NCBI GenBank assembly: GCA_964600295.1
Contig: CAZRIY010000003.1
Location: 1 to 59,351 of the forward strand
From: an uncultured Candidatus Saccharibacteria bacterium
GTDB lineage: Bacteria > Patescibacteriota > Saccharimonadia > CAZHVB01
Direction: 5' to 3'
DNA: 59,351 nt
The position numbers and the translations under genes are program-made. Position 1 is the first letter of the stretch, and each line of letters starts with the position of its first letter. Shown here piece after piece: positions 44,339 to 52,666 of the stretch. The notes under the pieces were generated by a model. The model was not told the origin of the DNA. It made no database searches and worked only from the letters and a program-made list of their open reading frames with translations.

Positions 44339-44402
44339 AGCCCAATGTTTACCCCGTCAAATCGCAGAGCGATTATTTGGGACTGCTTAATATTGGTAAT
44401 TC

Positions 44403-44582
44403 TCATTTGGGCAGATTTTTGACCAATAGATCCTTGCCGCGACGGACAACCCGCACTTTTTGTTTGGGGTTCCAGCCCAGCTCCCGAATGAATGCAATCG
44501 GTAGCGTTAAGCCTACACTACGACCGCCCCCCATGGTGGTTAGGCTGCGAATATGCTCACGGCCAAGCTTTTGTCTTGCCAT
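44403..44582 (-). CDS. AbrB/MazE/SpoVT-type DNA-binding protein (59 aa; below the ORF-track cutoff)
   Basis: Own translation MARQKLGREHIRSLTTMGGGRSVGLTLPIAFIRELGWNPKQKVRVVRRGKDLLVKNLPK. The core SVGLTLPIAFIRELG looks like a looped-hinge-helix motif. Confidence 0.55.
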   Translation of the reverse strand: MARQKLGREHIRSLTTMGGGRSVGLTLPIAFIRELGWNPKQKVRVVRRGKDLLVKNLPK

Positions 44583-44596
44583 AATATGATTGTAAC

Positions 44597-44624
44597 ATTG
44601 CTACTGAATTCTTTCAGTAGCAAT
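44597..44624. promoter_or_regulatory. 28-bp palindrome (12-bp arms) immediately upstream of the AbrB-like gene; operator candidate
   Basis: ATTGCTACTGAA-ttct-TTCAGTAGCAAT. The core CTACTGAA-N4-TTCAGTAG recurs at 4129-4148. Confidence 0.45.
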
Positions 44625-44769
44625 TGTATTTCGTTTCTTTCCATACTTTATAGCTAAGTGCAATCCTTATTATTAAAACTGTGCACTATCGCAAATAACT
44701 TTAATAATAGCCTTGTTTTTATATGATATTTGAGTATTTATAGTGCGGTAGCTAGATTTTTTGTCATTA

Positions 44770-44799
44770 TTGGACAAATCGTCCAATGTTTGCTATAAT
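44770..44799 (+). promoter_or_regulatory. candidate extended -10 promoter (TTGGAC-18 nt-TGcTATAAT)
   Basis: TTGGAC at 44770-44775 and TGCTATAAT at 44791-44799. Confidence 0.4.
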
Positions 44800-44824
44800 G
44801 ATTACTTAATGTTCGACTAGAAAT

Positions 44825-44845
44825 CCGGCTGTAGCCGGTTTTTTT
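44825..44845 (+). terminator. short hairpin plus T7, a terminator/attenuator-like element in the leader of the PEBP gene
   Basis: CCGGC-tgta-GCCGG followed by TTTTTTT, 6 nt before the ATG at 44852. Confidence 0.35.
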
Positions 44846-44851
44846 GTTTAT

Positions 44852-45292
44852 ATGAAACTATCTAGCTCAGCTTTCCAACCCAACCAATCGATTCCGTCCA
44901 AATACACCTGTGATGGGAATAATGTTAATCCGCCGTTGCAAATTACTGACGTTCCTGACACAACGAAGTCATTAGTTTTGATCGTGGATGATCCCGATGC
45001 CCCCAGTGGTAACTGGGACCACTGGCTGGTATATAATAGTGATCCGGGAACCACCGAAATAGCTGAAGATTCCGTACCAGCCGGCGCCACACATGGCAAA
45101 ACCGATTTTGGCGAAATTAAATACGGTGGACCGTGTCCTAGCCAGGGCCAACATCGTTACTTCTTTAAGCTTTACGCGTTAGACGCCAATCTAGATCTAG
45201 AAGAAGGTGCTACCAAGTCCGAGATTGAGCTAGCCATGGTCGGTCATATTCTTGATCAAACCCAACTGGTTGGTCTATATCAACGTCAGTAA
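44852..45292 (+). CDS. YbhB/YbcL-family PEBP (Raf kinase inhibitor-like) protein
   Basis: FQPNQSIPSKYTCDGNNVNPPL...IVDDPDAPSGNWDHW...HRYFFKLYAL. Confidence 0.9.
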   Translation: MKLSSSAFQPNQSIPSKYTCDGNNVNPPLQITDVPDTTKSLVLIVDDPDAPSGNWDHWLVYNSDPGTTEIAEDSVPAGATHGKTDFGEIKYGGPCPSQGQHRYFFKLYALDANLDLEEGATKSEIELAMVGHILDQTQLVGLYQRQ

Positions 45293-45294
45293 AA

Positions 45295-46692
45295 CTAGTG
45301 CTTCACGAGTGCCACATCTTTAGCGCGCTCTTTTAAATCAATTGGATATTCTCCAGTAAAACAAGAGGTGCATAGCCGCTGGCGAGGAACTTCAATTGCC
45401 TTCAACATACCCTCAAAGGAGAGATAGGTTAAGCTATCCGCACCGATTTTTTGTCTAATTTTCTCTACTGGCAGCTTGGCAGCTATTAGATTGCTTTGAT
45501 CGGGTGTATCAATCCCGTAAAAATCGGGATATTTAATCGGTGGCGAACTGATACCTAGGTGAATTTTACGCGCCCCGGCCTTCTTTAACATTCTGACAAT
45601 TCGCGTTAAGGTAGTGCCGCGGACAATCGAATCGTCAATTACCAGAATATCCTTGCCTTGAAAAGTTTCGGTTAGGGGATTGAGTTTCATCTGCACGTCT
45701 CGTTCTCGCAACTCCTGGATGGGCGCAATAAAGGTCCGGTGGATATAACGGTTTTTTATCAATCCGTGATCAAAGGGAGTGCCCGAAACCTGGGAGTAGC
45801 CCAGGGCGGCCGGAATAGCTGAATCGGGAATTGGTATCACCACATCTGCCTGGGCCTTGCTCTCTTGGGCTAATTGCTTGCCCAGGCGCCTTCTAACCTC
45901 GTTGACTCGTTGACCCTCCAGCATACTATCGGGACGAGCAAAATAAACAAACTCGAAAATATCGAGTTTGGGCGTAGGTTCTGCTAGTTGGTGAAAATGG
46001 ATACCTGTATTATCAACAACCACTAACTCGCCGGGTTTTACTTCACGTAGATACTCGGCGCCTATGGTGTCGAGGGCGGCCGTCTCGGATGCAAGAATAT
46101 AACCCCCGCCAAGCTTGCCAATGGCTAGGGGACGAATGCCGTATGGATCACGGAAACCCAGCAGAGCCGTTTTGGTCATGGCCACGCAAGAGAAGGCCCC
46201 GGTAAGCAAGGGGAAGATCTCGGCTAAGGCTGCTTCGGGTTTGGCTCCCCTTTCTAGATGATAACTAAGGGCCGTGGCCATTAATTCGGTATCGTTGGCC
46301 CCAGCGGTGGAAATCCCACTGACGGCCAAAAAGCGTTGCAAAGGACGAACTGAAGGCAAATTACCATTATGGGCTAGAGCTAATAAATTTTGGCTACGGA
46401 CAATTGGCTGAAGATGACCATCGCTACCCCCAGAGGTTGAGTACCGATTGTGGCCTACTGCAATATGGCCTTTAAGCCGATCGAGAACTTCGTCGTTATA
46501 AACCTGGGCCACTAGACCCGGTGCCAGATGGCTATAGAATTGTCGAGAATCGGTAGTAACAATCCCAGTACCTTCTTGGCCACGATGCTGGAGTGCCCAC
46601 AATCCATAGTAGCTAACGCGCGCTACATCGGTTTGGGGCGCGTAGATACCAAAAACTGCGCACTTCTCTCGCAAACTATACCCTCTTACCAA
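45295..46692 (-). CDS. purF: amidophosphoribosyltransferase
   Basis: N-terminal nucleophile context CAVFGIY, a PRTase motif ILVIDDSIVRGTT and a C-terminal Cys cluster. The track start is a TTG and uncertain. Confidence 0.9.
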   Translation of the reverse strand: MVRGYSLREKCAVFGIYAPQTDVARVSYYGLWALQHRGQEGTGIVTTDSRQFYSHLAPGLVAQVYNDEVLDRLKGHIAVGHNRYSTSGGSDGHLQPIVRSQNLLALAHNGNLPSVRPLQRFLAVSGISTAGANDTELMATALSYHLERGAKPEAALAEIFPLLTGAFSCVAMTKTALLGFRDPYGIRPLAIGKLGGGYILASETAALDTIGAEYLREVKPGELVVVDNTGIHFHQLAEPTPKLDIFEFVYFARPDSMLEGQRVNEVRRRLGKQLAQESKAQADVVIPIPDSAIPAALGYSQVSGTPFDHGLIKNRYIHRTFIAPIQELRERDVQMKLNPLTETFQGKDILVIDDSIVRGTTLTRIVRMLKKAGARKIHLGISSPPIKYPDFYGIDTPDQSNLIAAKLPVEKIRQKIGADSLTYLSFEGMLKAIEVPRQRLCTSCFTGEYPIDLKERAKDVALVKH

Positions 46693-46749
46693 TCTAGTTT
46701 AACATTAGCGTTCTAATTCTAGCCAAACTTAGAATGAGTAAAAATCAAA

Positions 46750-46768
46750 TTGGTCGGGGAGACAGGAT
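46750..46768. repeat. 19-bp direct repeat of the tRNA-Pro 3' end
   Basis: TTGGTCGGGGAGACAGGAT is identical to 46878-46896. Confidence 0.7.
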
Positions 46769-46878
46769 AGCGCTCGGGCATGCGCTCGAGCTAACCTACG
46801 ATCGAGATTCGTTCGCGTCGCCTCTCAAACCAACTCTCATTCAAACAAAAATATCAGCCTGTGGCTGGGATTTTTATT

Positions 46879-46955
46879 TGGTCGGGGAGACAGGATTTGA
46901 ACCTGCGACCCCCGCGTCCCAAACGCGGTGCGCTACCAAGCTGCGCCACTCCCCG
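46879..46955 (-). tRNA. tRNA-Pro (anticodon UGG), CCA encoded
   Basis: Reverse complement CGGGGAGTGGCGCAGCTTGGTAGCGCACCGCGTTTGGGACGCGGGGGTCGCAGGTTCAAATCCTGTCTCCCCGACCA. Confidence 0.9.
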
Positions 46956-46980
46956 ATGCCCTGAAATTATATCAGCTTAA

Positions 46981-47487
46981 CTAACCAGCTTGAGATTGAA
47001 GTTCTTGGTGGAGCTGGGTTAGCCAAGCCATTGCGCTTTCCTCGGATACCCCTTCTATCTGATCAAATGGTCTCGCCTGTGTCCCATCCATTTTCATAAT
47101 TATTAAGACTTCTTCTAAGAAATCGTTAAAGGGTTTGATCCTATCTAATACAGGCTGCTCCCAATAATCCGCCAAAGACCTCGAAACCAATCTTGAGCCC
47201 ATGGGAGGTGTTTCGTAGATTACCTTATATTTAAAGTCTACTAATAAATAGCCGACTGTATTGGGATTGGTCTGACGCTCTATCAACAAAAATTTAGACG
47301 GAAAGTAGGCTTCCAAAAATTCGGGCTTTAATACGGCTTTGACAATTCTGACACCATTAACTGTGTCCAATCCGCCTAGACGCGATCCGGGTATTACCTC
47401 TTCGGTGCTAATAGCCTCCCATAAACCCTCAGCCACCCCCAAATAATCTTCCGTTGCGACGGGTGGTGATTGGGCTTCTGGCGGCAT
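46981..47487 (-). CDS. hypothetical protein
   Basis: 168-aa ORF with ATG start, immediately downstream of hup (the stop and start codons abut). Confidence 0.45.
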   Translation of the reverse strand: MPPEAQSPPVATEDYLGVAEGLWEAISTEEVIPGSRLGGLDTVNGVRIVKAVLKPEFLEAYFPSKFLLIERQTNPNTVGYLLVDFKYKVIYETPPMGSRLVSRSLADYWEQPVLDRIKPFNDFLEEVLIIMKMDGTQARPFDQIEGVSEESAMAWLTQLHQELQSQAG

Positions 47488-47763
47488 CTAGTGCCTGACG
47501 GCGTCCTTGAGGCGTTTGCCAGCTCTAAAACGCGGCATTTTCATTGACGGAATCTTAATTTCGGCCTGGGTTCTGGGATCGACGCCCCGGCGGGCTGCGC
47601 GCTTCCCTAAATCAAACACACCAAAACCGGTAATCGAAACTTTTTCGTTCTTGGCCACTTGATCTATCACGATCTCGGTAAACTCATCCAGAAATTTCTC
47701 GGCTTGGCGCTTAGATAGGCTCAATCGCTTGGATAAGGTCTCGATCAACTGTCGCTTGGTCAT
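47488..47763 (-). CDS. hup: HU-family nucleoid DNA-binding protein
   Basis: 91 aa. ITGFGVFDLGKRAARRGVDPRTQAEIKIPSMKMPRFRAGKRLKDAV. Confidence 0.9.
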   Translation of the reverse strand: MTKRQLIETLSKRLSLSKRQAEKFLDEFTEIVIDQVAKNEKVSITGFGVFDLGKRAARRGVDPRTQAEIKIPSMKMPRFRAGKRLKDAVRH

Positions 47764-47830
47764 CCCCGCCTCCTTTGACTACCTCTTAGTTTAGGCTCAG
47801 CATCGGCAAATTTCAATTGGACTAATCTGC

Positions 47831-48424
47831 TTATTTATCAGTTAGCCTACCAGCTATTCGAAAGGCTTCGAAAGCGGCCAGCGCTGAAACCCAGGCATCC
47901 CAGTAGGGGTTGTGCTTTAGGTTTGGGGTACCCTTAACCTTATCGGTAACTACGTGGTGCTTTTGGTCTTCACCTATCTGGAGCAACAGTGAATGGAGTT
48001 CAAGCAAGGGGAAGGGGTGTTCCCAATAACGCTTAGTTAGATCATCATCCTGGCAGGCTGCTAAAAAACGCATCTCGACTGGATAACCATTGCTAACCAG
48101 TACGTAATCGGCGCGGGCTATCGCAGACTGAAACCATTGCCAAAAAGCCTGCCGTAACTGCCGGCGGCTCGAAAAGTTAATTGGAAAATCTTTTAGTACC
48201 GGCAGTACATTTTCGGCAACCCAGGAGTCAACCCGACCTCGAATGTGGCAACGAGCCTTAAATTCATCCAATACTTGGCCGGTGGCCGACATAACTACCG
48301 CTCCCACAGCGAACTCTGGTCCATGTAAGCCATTGCTCTCGACATCGAACGACAGCAAAGTGGTCTGATTGGTAATCGGCGGGAATTTGGGCTTGTTGCG
48401 CTCGTCGGCTGGCTTACTTGGCAT
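47831..48424 (-). CDS. DEDD-family 3'-5' exonuclease-like protein
   Basis: Exo I-like LLSFDVESNGLHG. The track start at 48511 would overlap rny by 98 nt, so the ATG at 48424 (MPSKPADE...) is preferred. The start remains uncertain. Confidence 0.55.
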   Translation of the reverse strand: MPSKPADERNKPKFPPITNQTTLLSFDVESNGLHGPEFAVGAVVMSATGQVLDEFKARCHIRGRVDSWVAENVLPVLKDFPINFSSRRQLRQAFWQWFQSAIARADYVLVSNGYPVEMRFLAACQDDDLTKRYWEHPFPLLELHSLLLQIGEDQKHHVVTDKVKGTPNLKHNPYWDAWVSALAAFEAFRIAGRLTDK

Positions 48425-49931
48425 ATTCGATAGCGCGAGTTTCGCGAATGACATTGACCTTGATGGTACCAGGGTATTGGAGTGTGCTCTCGATTTTATT
48501 GGAGATATCACGAGCTAGTCTAATGGCAGTTAGGTCATCGGTTTCCTCTGGCCGCACAAATACCCGAATTTCCCGACCGGCCGAGACGGCATAGGTTTTT
48601 TCAATTCCGGGAAAGGTTTTAACCACATTTTCGAGCTCGGTCATGCGTTTGACGTAGTTTTCCATGGTATCACCGCGGGCCCCTGGCCTACCGCCAGAAA
48701 GAGCATCGGCCGCCCGCACAATTAGAGCTTCGGACGTTTTGGCCTCGACATCGTCATGGTGAGCCTCGGCGGCGTGGGCCACGGCTTCTGGCAAACCATA
48801 CTTGCGTGCGACTTCACCAGTAATATGATGATGCTTCCCCTCCTGCTTATGGGTCATAGCCTTGCCCATGTCGTGGATTAGCGAAGCGTATTTTACAACC
48901 TGCACATCCCCGCCAACTTCGGCCGCAATTGACCCAGACAGCTGGGCCAATTCCATCGAATGCTTGAGGACGTTTTGACCAAAAGAAGTCCGGTATTTAA
49001 GCTCGCCCACTAATCTGGCTACTTCGGGAGGGATACCAACAATTCCTAGATCGCGAGCAGCTTCTTCACCCGTTGCCTGGGTTTCTTTATCCAGCTCTTG
49101 CTGGACTTTGGCCACGGTTTCCTCGATGCGGGCCGGGTGGATGCGGGCGTCCTTGATCAATATCTCTAGAGTGCGGCGGGCTACTTCGCGCCGAATCGGA
49201 TCAAAGCTGGAAAGTACAACTACACCCGGTGTTTCATCTACCAACACATCTACCCCAGTTAGCCGTTCGATAGTTTGAATATTGCGGCCTTCTTTGCCAA
49301 TTACTCGGCCTTTCATCTCGTCATTGGGCAGTTCTACTGAGGTAACGGTCCGCTCGGCCGTAACATCTGAGGCCACTCGTTCCATAGCTGTAGTCAGAAT
49401 CTTGCGGGCTCGATCGTCGGATTCCTCTTGGGCAGCTTTCTGTTCCTTACCAATCACACCTATTAGATCGGCTTTAATATCACGTTCGGTCATTTGCATT
49501 AACCGTTCGGCTGCCTCTTTTTTGGTTAATTTGGCAATTTTTTCCAGTCTGGTCTGCGAATCTTCACGGATTTTTTTCAGCTCGTCCTTAAATTTGGATA
49601 GTTCATCTTCAGATTTGCGTTGTTCTTGGCTGCGACGATCTAACTCATCCAGCTTTTTATCCAGCGTCTCCTCGCGTTCACGCAGGCGTTTTTCGGTCTC
49701 ACCCACCTCACGACGGCGTTTGTCTTCTTCTGCTTTGGCATCATCAATAATTTTAGCCGCATCTTCTCTAGCTTTGATCAACAATTCCTTGTTTTTGGAT
49801 TCAGCTTCTTCCAGCTTCTTTTTGGCCTTACCTTCGGCTGCACCAATGGTCTTTTTGGCCATATTATCTTTGGCAAAATAGCCCGCAGCCGCCCCAACTA
49901 GGGCTGCTATGGCGGCAACTCCAAATTCCAT
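48414..49931 (-). CDS. rny: ribonuclease Y
   Basis: N-terminal TM segment, coiled coil, a KH domain (GRVIGKEGRNIQ) and an HD domain (LIHDMGKA...HH). Confidence 0.95.
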   Translation of the reverse strand: MEFGVAAIAALVGAAAGYFAKDNMAKKTIGAAEGKAKKKLEEAESKNKELLIKAREDAAKIIDDAKAEEDKRRREVGETEKRLREREETLDKKLDELDRRSQEQRKSEDELSKFKDELKKIREDSQTRLEKIAKLTKKEAAERLMQMTERDIKADLIGVIGKEQKAAQEESDDRARKILTTAMERVASDVTAERTVTSVELPNDEMKGRVIGKEGRNIQTIERLTGVDVLVDETPGVVVLSSFDPIRREVARRTLEILIKDARIHPARIEETVAKVQQELDKETQATGEEAARDLGIVGIPPEVARLVGELKYRTSFGQNVLKHSMELAQLSGSIAAEVGGDVQVVKYASLIHDMGKAMTHKQEGKHHHITGEVARKYGLPEAVAHAAEAHHDDVEAKTSEALIVRAADALSGGRPGARGDTMENYVKRMTELENVVKTFPGIEKTYAVSAGREIRVFVRPEETDDLTAIRLARDISNKIESTLQYPGTIKVNVIRETRAIEYAK

Positions 49932-50119
49932 AGTTAAACTCCTTATATTGATACAGGCAGCGATTACCGAGCTATCGGCTGACAGAGCGTATTTTGGCTT
50001 GTATCAGGGATAATCTTAGGTAATCGCCGAGGTATCAGACATTAATGTAATAGCTTTTTCCGAAACTACTTTTATCATAGGTTGCGAGTTAGAAAACGTC
50101 AAATTGACAGCCAGTAGAT

Positions 50120-50400
50120 TGGAGGCGGGCGGGTACACAGGAAAGTAGAGGGAGGGGGGACCTAAAAGGTCGTCTCGTCTACTAACCTGGCACCCGCCCG
50201 CCGATCTCGCCCCCTAGGACGCCCGCTGGTCCGGGGACGAGAGTTGGGTGAGAGTGTCCGAAGCCATTAGCTCGGGGTGTTGGTTTGCCCGGCCACACCG
50301 GAGAGCCTGTCTTCGGAAGTGTATTCCCGAGGCCGAGAGGGAGTATCCATTAGCCATGGGCCACACTGCAGTTTCTAGCCACCCTCACGTTTCAAAGCAG
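50120..50400. ncRNA. candidate structured RNA (unclassified) in the 600-bp gap upstream of rny
   Basis: GC-rich and free of ORFs of 60 aa or more on either strand. An 11-bp perfect stem GGCGGGCGGGT (50124-50134) / ACCCGCCCGCC (50192-50202) encloses further helices. Additional possible helices are TCCGAAG/CTTCGGA and CTCGGG/CCCGAG. Strand unknown. Confidence 0.3.
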
Positions 50401-50532
50401 ATAACCAATATTGTCATCCACCGCTAGGTTTCTTGAAGATTTATATTGCGTTAAAGAAACCTGACGTCGAATCACAAAACAACAGCTAGTCTACGCCACT
50501 GATTAACCGAGTTCAAGCCTGGAACAGCTGGT

Positions 50533-51195
50533 TTAAGCCGGTTTGGAGCGCAGTGACCGGACGTGGGCCAACCGGCTCTGGTTACGAGATAATCTTTTAT
50601 TTACCAACCACAGCACAGCTAGCGAAACCGAAACTATGGCCATAATGGGATCGTAGGCCACGCTTTGGGGCAAGGCGGCAGGAATACTAAACTGATCCTC
50701 TGGAGCAATTCCTCTGACCAGTTTGGCCCTTGAAGGAATCGAAGTCTGGGTCCCAGATGAAGGCCGGGTAATCGACTGATTGACAGTTTTCAGGCCGTAT
50801 ATTACATGGATTGAATCTGCCGTCTGGGGAGAACTGCTGTCTCCGTTATTATTGCTGGAACTACCGGCGTCTTTTGGGCTGTTGCCCTCGGTGGTGCTGG
50901 GTGTACTCGGATCGGCGGCTGGTGGAGGTGTATCAGTTTTCCCCTTACTTTTCCCATTGTTGGAGTGGCTCTGCGGCGGGTGCGAATTGCTGGGATGGTC
51001 TTCTGATTTGGGTGCTTTATTAGATTGTGGTGGCTGAGCTTGGCTCTGCTTTTTCTGCTGCCCCTTGGCGTGGTCAGGTGACTTGGCGTGAACCGCCGGC
51101 GCCACCAGTAGAACTGACAATACAAAACTAAACAGGACTAGTAGATGTAGCGTTCGCATGACAGTTTTGCGGTTGTAAAATTTCATACCCAACAT
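50533..51195 (-). CDS. secreted Pro/Ser-rich protein with C-terminal TM segment and basic tail
   Basis: Signal peptide LLVLFSFVLSVLLVAPAVHA, a low-complexity middle region, and C-terminal IMAIVSVSLAVLWLVNKRLSR. TAATG overlap with the sortase gene. Confidence 0.5.
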   Translation of the reverse strand: MLGMKFYNRKTVMRTLHLLVLFSFVLSVLLVAPAVHAKSPDHAKGQQKKQSQAQPPQSNKAPKSEDHPSNSHPPQSHSNNGKSKGKTDTPPPAADPSTPSTTEGNSPKDAGSSSNNNGDSSSPQTADSIHVIYGLKTVNQSITRPSSGTQTSIPSRAKLVRGIAPEDQFSIPAALPQSVAYDPIMAIVSVSLAVLWLVNKRLSRNQSRLAHVRSLRSKPA

Positions 51196-52169
51196 TACTG
51201 TACCACCGATGCAAAAACCACGGTGTTATGGCTATAACTACCAGTCACCCGATTAAATTGGCCGCTGCAAGTAATTAAACGCAAACCAGCGTAATCAATA
51301 CCACCATAGACCTGAGCCGTCGGAAAGTTGGCATTATCTTGAGCAAACTGCTGGAGGCTATCGACTTTAAATCTAACAGTAGTGCCGTCCACCCGGTCGA
51401 TCTCGATGACATCCCCCGGTTTTAGATCCTTAAGGCGATAGAATACTGCTGGTCCCCTAACGTTATCCACATGGCCAATCATGATGGCCGGGCCAATTTC
51501 TCCAGGAGTGGGCGCTCGACGATACCAGCCGACGATGTCGAACCGCTCGGGTACTTGGATAGTACCGTCGACTTTTTTATCTAACTCAACAAATGAAGTG
51601 TTAACTCCAATCCCCGGAATCCGGATTTGGGCGGGTGCCGCCCGAGGCAAGCCTAAAGCCTGGGCTGGCTGAGCCTCTACTACCGGTGCGGGCAGGGGTG
51701 GTGCGCTGGCCACAGGTACTGAAATATCGGACCGACTGGCTTGCAAGCCAAAATTATAAGCGGTTAATAGACCGGCCACTATCATGGCCACTCCCAGGGC
51801 AGCCTGGGGACGCAGCATTGGTATCACCAAGCGGCCACGTCGCGGCAAAACTGCAGGGTCGGAGGGCTCAGGTTCGCCGAACAAAGTAATTACCAAATCA
51901 TTAGAAATCAGGGGAATGTAAATACGCCACGGCCGCTTTGGCTTGGTTGCTGTGCCCTGTTCTTCCTTGGGTGCAAACAGAGAGATCAGCAGTTCATTGG
52001 ACGAAAAGGGAATTTTTAGACTGAATGGCTGACGCTTGACCTCGGGTTCAGTTGGAGTTTCATCGAAGAGTGAAATTTCCAGCTGATGAGAAAACCAGCG
52101 GTTAGAGCGGATAGGTTTATCCGCTCCCGCCTCAGGTTCAGCCGGTGGCTGTATCCAGTTCTCTGTCAC
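51195..52169 (-). CDS. sortase-family transpeptidase (class E/F-like) with repeat-containing N-terminal extension
   Basis: The catalytic-domain motifs IGHVD, LRLITCSG and a downstream Arg are absent or partly seen: His and Cys motifs are clear. The domain is preceded by a TM segment. GTG start. Confidence 0.8.
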   Translation of the reverse strand: MTENWIQPPAEPEAGADKPIRSNRWFSHQLEISLFDETPTEPEVKRQPFSLKIPFSSNELLISLFAPKEEQGTATKPKRPWRIYIPLISNDLVITLFGEPEPSDPAVLPRRGRLVIPMLRPQAALGVAMIVAGLLTAYNFGLQASRSDISVPVASAPPLPAPVVEAQPAQALGLPRAAPAQIRIPGIGVNTSFVELDKKVDGTIQVPERFDIVGWYRRAPTPGEIGPAIMIGHVDNVRGPAVFYRLKDLKPGDVIEIDRVDGTTVRFKVDSLQQFAQDNANFPTAQVYGGIDYAGLRLITCSGQFNRVTGSYSHNTVVFASVVQ

Positions 52170-52210
52170 CAGGATTTAATTTAGTTACTTACTTAGATTT
52201 GGCAATCGCC

Positions 52211-52666
52211 TTAGAATCCCTGGCGCACTTGCAGTAAGCGGCGTATACCGTAGCCAATACTGGCAAATGAACCGCTCATAGCTAGCAATCCGGAAGTGGC
52301 AGAGCCACCACCAGCTTTGGCGCCACCTACTGGAGCTTCTGCTCCCACACTAACTTTGGAATCGGCCTGTGCTACAGTTACTCGCTCATGCCGCGTAACT
52401 ACTTCCCTGACTGGGTTTACTATGGTGGTAGTGGTACCGCCGCAGTTAGGCAGGAAAGTGACACTTGGAGATTTTGCTCCTGCACTTGCCACTTTGGCTT
52501 TCTGCCCAAAGGTGACGCTGCAGGGCGCCGAGGTGGTTACTCTATCCCGATTGAGGTTGGGATTGTGGCTATTACTGTGGTTTTGAGCACTGGCAGTTCC
52601 AGCCAAAGCTAGAACAAACAGCGCCGCGCCACCCACGTAGCCCACCAAACTTTTAATTGTACTCAT
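52211..52666 (-). CDS. secreted protein with C-terminal hydrophobic segment and basic tail (possible sortase substrate)
   Basis: Signal peptide ...ALAGTASAQ and C-terminal GLLAMSGSFASIGYGIRRLL. Confidence 0.5.
   Translation of the reverse strand: MSTIKSLVGYVGGAALFVLALAGTASAQNHSNSHNPNLNRDRVTTSAPCSVTFGQKAKVASAGAKSPSVTFLPNCGGTTTTIVNPVREVVTRHERVTVAQADSKVSVGAEAPVGGAKAGGGSATSGLLAMSGSFASIGYGIRRLLQVRQGF

Noticed and set aside
44395-44420. 14-nt identity (CAAAAATCTGCCCA) between the 3' end of the AbrB-like gene (minus strand) and the 40-bp islet repeats
   Set aside because: About ten 14-mer matches are expected by chance among all position pairs in 59 kb on both strands, and the flanks do not match.
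46734-46964. 76-aa plus-strand ORF
   Set aside because: It spans tRNA-Pro and its repeat on the opposite strand, so it is an artefact of the tRNA sequence.
49282-49881. 199-aa Ser-rich plus-strand ORF
   Set aside because: It is antisense to rny, whose KH and HD motifs are unambiguous. Its low-complexity composition is typical of the shadow frame of a Lys/Glu-rich coiled coil.
50120-50400. Assignment of the GC-rich segment to RNase P RNA, tmRNA or SRP RNA
   Set aside because: The hallmark conserved strings of these families were not found on either strand, so it is reported only as an unclassified candidate.
50780-51125. Several overlapping 70-107-aa ORFs on both strands
   Set aside because: They are alternative frames of the Pro/Ser-rich low-complexity gene 50533..51195. 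Only that frame has a signal peptide and a C-terminal anchor.
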